Assembly: GCA_024641825.1 (NCBI GenBank)
Contig: JAHECI010000005.1
Span: forward strand, 1 to 40,073
Length of the DNA: 40,073 nt
Direction: 5' to 3'
Source of the DNA: Desulfobacterales bacterium
Lineage (GTDB): Bacteria; Desulfobacterota; Desulfobacteria; Desulfobacterales; UBA11574
In this document: in pieces, positions 38,121 through 40,073 of the stretch
Numbering within the stretch: the first letter of the stretch is position 1
How the letters are laid out: each line of letters begins with the position of its first letter
Notes under the pieces: model-generated
What the model was told of the DNA's origin: nothing
Seen by the model: the letters and a program-made list of their open reading frames with translations, nothing else
Databases searched by the model: none
Position numbers and translations under genes: made by a program

Positions 38121-39026
38121 TTAATTCACACCTTCAAATCTTTCCCATTTGAAATTAGAGCTTTGAGAATCTCCGGAACGATAAATATTCATTAACGCTG
38201 CCAATGAATTATCATTGCAATCGTCATCACAATCTTTACCAATCTTTCTAAACAAAAATGTAACATCAGGATATGATGGAAACCGAATCGGAAAATTTTT
38301 AGGAGGGCCAATAGAGTTAGGCGAGAATCCCTCCGGCATTGCAGTCCATTCACTCTTTGAAGTATTGATTAGTATCCACTTGGCATCAATTTTAGCTATT
38401 ACAAATTGGTGGCCATTTATAGTCATTTCGCTATCATTTTTTTCAAGAGCTTTATTATAGTCATCCGCCTTACTTGAAATAACGTATCGAAGGTCTTCAG
38501 GTTTATCCATCAAACCGAGTGCTTTCACAACGGCGATAAATGAACGGGCATAATGGGAACAGCCAAAAGCAGCTTTGTATTTAATAATCTCATCAGCAGA
38601 TGGTGCGAAGAAGACATCTGCTGGAGTTTTTTTCATATATTTCTCATGCCAATCCTTTAAATTCCGTTTTTGTTCAGCTGACATTTTAAAGGAAACAAGA
38701 AAACCAAGCTTAACTTTTTCTAATAAATCATAGTAGATATATCTACTTGGCTTTATAGAATTTTTGTTGACGCCTGTGTTTTCGTCGATCAGTATTTTGG
38801 ATACCTTGATAAGTACTGATAATTTATCTTTTTCTGGGTAGGAATCAAGAACAGGTTTTACAACATTAGATACATAATCATTTACAACTGGGGTGACTTC
38901 TATAAGATTTTCTTTCTTATCATTGTGTTTCAACGATTGAATCGACGTAGCAGAACACGATAAAATGGCAACAAATAGTATGGTTAAAAGCACTGTAATA
39001 TTAATTGATTTCAGTATATGTTTCAT
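38121..39026 (-). CDS. Cassette-borne lipoprotein with a transglutaminase-like (Cys-His-Asn) domain
   Basis: Lipobox ILS-C after a hydrophobic stretch; GCSHYARSFIAVVKALG and GHQFVIAKIDAKWILINTS. Start placed at ATG 39026 because the longer track ORF runs through attC. Confidence 0.72.
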   Translation of the reverse strand: MKHILKSINITVLLTILFVAILSCSATSIQSLKHNDKKENLIEVTPVVNDYVSNVVKPVLDSYPEKDKLSVLIKVSKILIDENTGVNKNSIKPSRYIYYDLLEKVKLGFLVSFKMSAEQKRNLKDWHEKYMKKTPADVFFAPSADEIIKYKAAFGCSHYARSFIAVVKALGLMDKPEDLRYVISSKADDYNKALEKNDSEMTINGHQFVIAKIDAKWILINTSKSEWTAMPEGFSPNSIGPPKNFPIRFPSYPDVTFLFRKIGKDCDDDCNDNSLAALMNIYRSGDSQSSNFKWERFEGVN

Positions 39027-39079
39027 ACTCAATTCCTGATTATGAAATGATCGATCTGTTTTATTTGATTGATCGCAAC

Positions 39080-39147
39080 ACCCAACGGCCGGGCTAACAG
39101 GTTCGCGGCGGGTTTTCCGCGCATCCTTGTTCAGCACGATGTTGGGG
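39080..39147 (-). mobile_element. attC site
   Basis: Minus strand CCCCAAC-ATCGT-GCTGAACA...TGTTAGC-CCGGCC-GTTGGGT: canonical layout with one extra G in L''. Confidence 0.88.
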
Positions 39148-39226
39148 AACAATCGTTGTCCACGGCCTGATTATAAAGATTGTCTAGTCCCCCAATCCGC
39201 TCAAAAAAGTTGCAGCCGCAGCCGAC

Positions 39227-39865
39227 TTACTTGACCAGCACCAGTCCCGCCAGATTGCCCACCGGGATATCCTCTGGATTGGCGTCGCTACCATAAGGAT
39301 AGATCTCCCACCCCGACGAGGCGATCAAACGGTACACATCCATACCCACCGCCTCCATGGAGGGCCGGGCTTTGAGGGGGAAACGGCATTTTTCGCCTTT
39401 TAGCACTTGGCAGCCCAGGTTGGGGTCGCAAAGAGACGAGAAGCAACTGCCCGCACTGAAACCTACAGCCAAGTAATGTCCGTCGTAGAAAGCCGCGGAC
39501 TCCAACTTGCTTACAATTTCCAAAATGCTCTTGAAGGCGGCCCTACGCTCCTTGTCGTTTCGGTCACGTTTCAGTACCTCGGAGTGCACCCTGCGAAGAA
39601 AAAGCAGACCATGGCTGTAGCTTTTCAGCAATTGTCGTATTTCAGATGGCTTGGGCGCATGGGGCGGGCATTGGGCGCAGGTGTTGTATCCGAAACACTG
39701 GGGAACCCTACACTTGAAAGCGACCGCGTCCTCCACCGGTATTTTAGAGGCATCCACCACCCGTGCTTCGTCGGCCCCGAGTTTTAAGGCATATTGACAA
39801 TACTTGTCGAGATCTTTGAGCAATATTACCCGATCGCGGTCTTCGGCTATTTTAGCTATTGGCAT
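39227..39865 (-). CDS. DUF2284-family predicted metal-binding protein (first cassette)
   Basis: KCRVPQCFGYNTCAQCPPHAP, AGSC...C...C and CRFP..ARPSMEAVGMDV; GGAGGAG RBS at 39872-39878. Confidence 0.85.
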   Translation of the reverse strand: MPIAKIAEDRDRVILLKDLDKYCQYALKLGADEARVVDASKIPVEDAVAFKCRVPQCFGYNTCAQCPPHAPKPSEIRQLLKSYSHGLLFLRRVHSEVLKRDRNDKERRAAFKSILEIVSKLESAAFYDGHYLAVGFSAGSCFSSLCDPNLGCQVLKGEKCRFPLKARPSMEAVGMDVYRLIASSGWEIYPYGSDANPEDIPVGNLAGLVLVK

Positions 39866-39874
39866 AAATGTCTC

Positions 39875-40073
39875 CTCCAACATTATATATTATACGGCTG
39901 CATCTTTTTTACAGGATTTATTAATATGAGACAATTATACAAAAATAGTGGAAAAACGAAAGAAAAATCAAAATATATAATGATATTAATTTTCTATGCT
40001 TATTTTTGACGGCGGAAAACTTATACAAAATTGTAATAAATACATCTTTTTGCTCTTATTATGGGAATTATGA
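39875..40073 (-). other. Candidate attI / cassette-promoter region
   Basis: GTTGGAG (39881-39875) matches the complement of the first attC R'' at 6/7. It is preceded by very AT-rich DNA with TATAAT hexamers and no attC hairpin. Confidence 0.4.

Noticed and set aside
39027-39152. N-terminal extension of the 343-aa track ORF
   Set aside because: It runs through the attC site and would bury the lipoprotein signal peptide. ATG 39026 is the more plausible start.
1-40073. CRISPR array
   Set aside because: No run of identical 25-45-bp direct repeats with unique spacers. The repeats seen are palindromic MITEs, attC sites or short periodic tracts.

Overview
Chromosomal window from a dissimilatory sulfate-reducing deltaproteobacterium. 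The Desulfobacterales-like assignment is inferred from gene content and protein sequences. 1-9083 is the core sulfate-activation locus: a 5'-truncated sat converging on aprBA-qmoABC. 9990-16182 holds three YkgJ-type cysteine-cluster genes, an atypical SDR, a dGTPase, an HsdR-N-like protein and a deaminase. 16454-35382 is housekeeping: infC-rpmI-rplT-pheST-merR, tRNA-Gly(CCC), rimP-nusA-infB-DUF503-rbfA-nrnA-truB-rpsO-pnp-M16 peptidase-dut-MBL hydrolase. The most notable signals are not in the ORF track. (1) 36207-39881 is an integron-type cassette array of four minus-strand genes, each followed by an attC site. Its R-boxes chain from cassette to cassette, and a possible attI lies at the window end; no integrase is in the window. 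(2) A pair of NrdR-box-like palindromes lies 31 bp apart in the divergent aprB/ykgJ intergenic region. (3) At least three families of MITE-like elements are present, some nested inside each other or inside palindromes, plus recurrent 7/8-nt-periodic intergenic repeats. All calls come from reading the sequence; no database searches were run.
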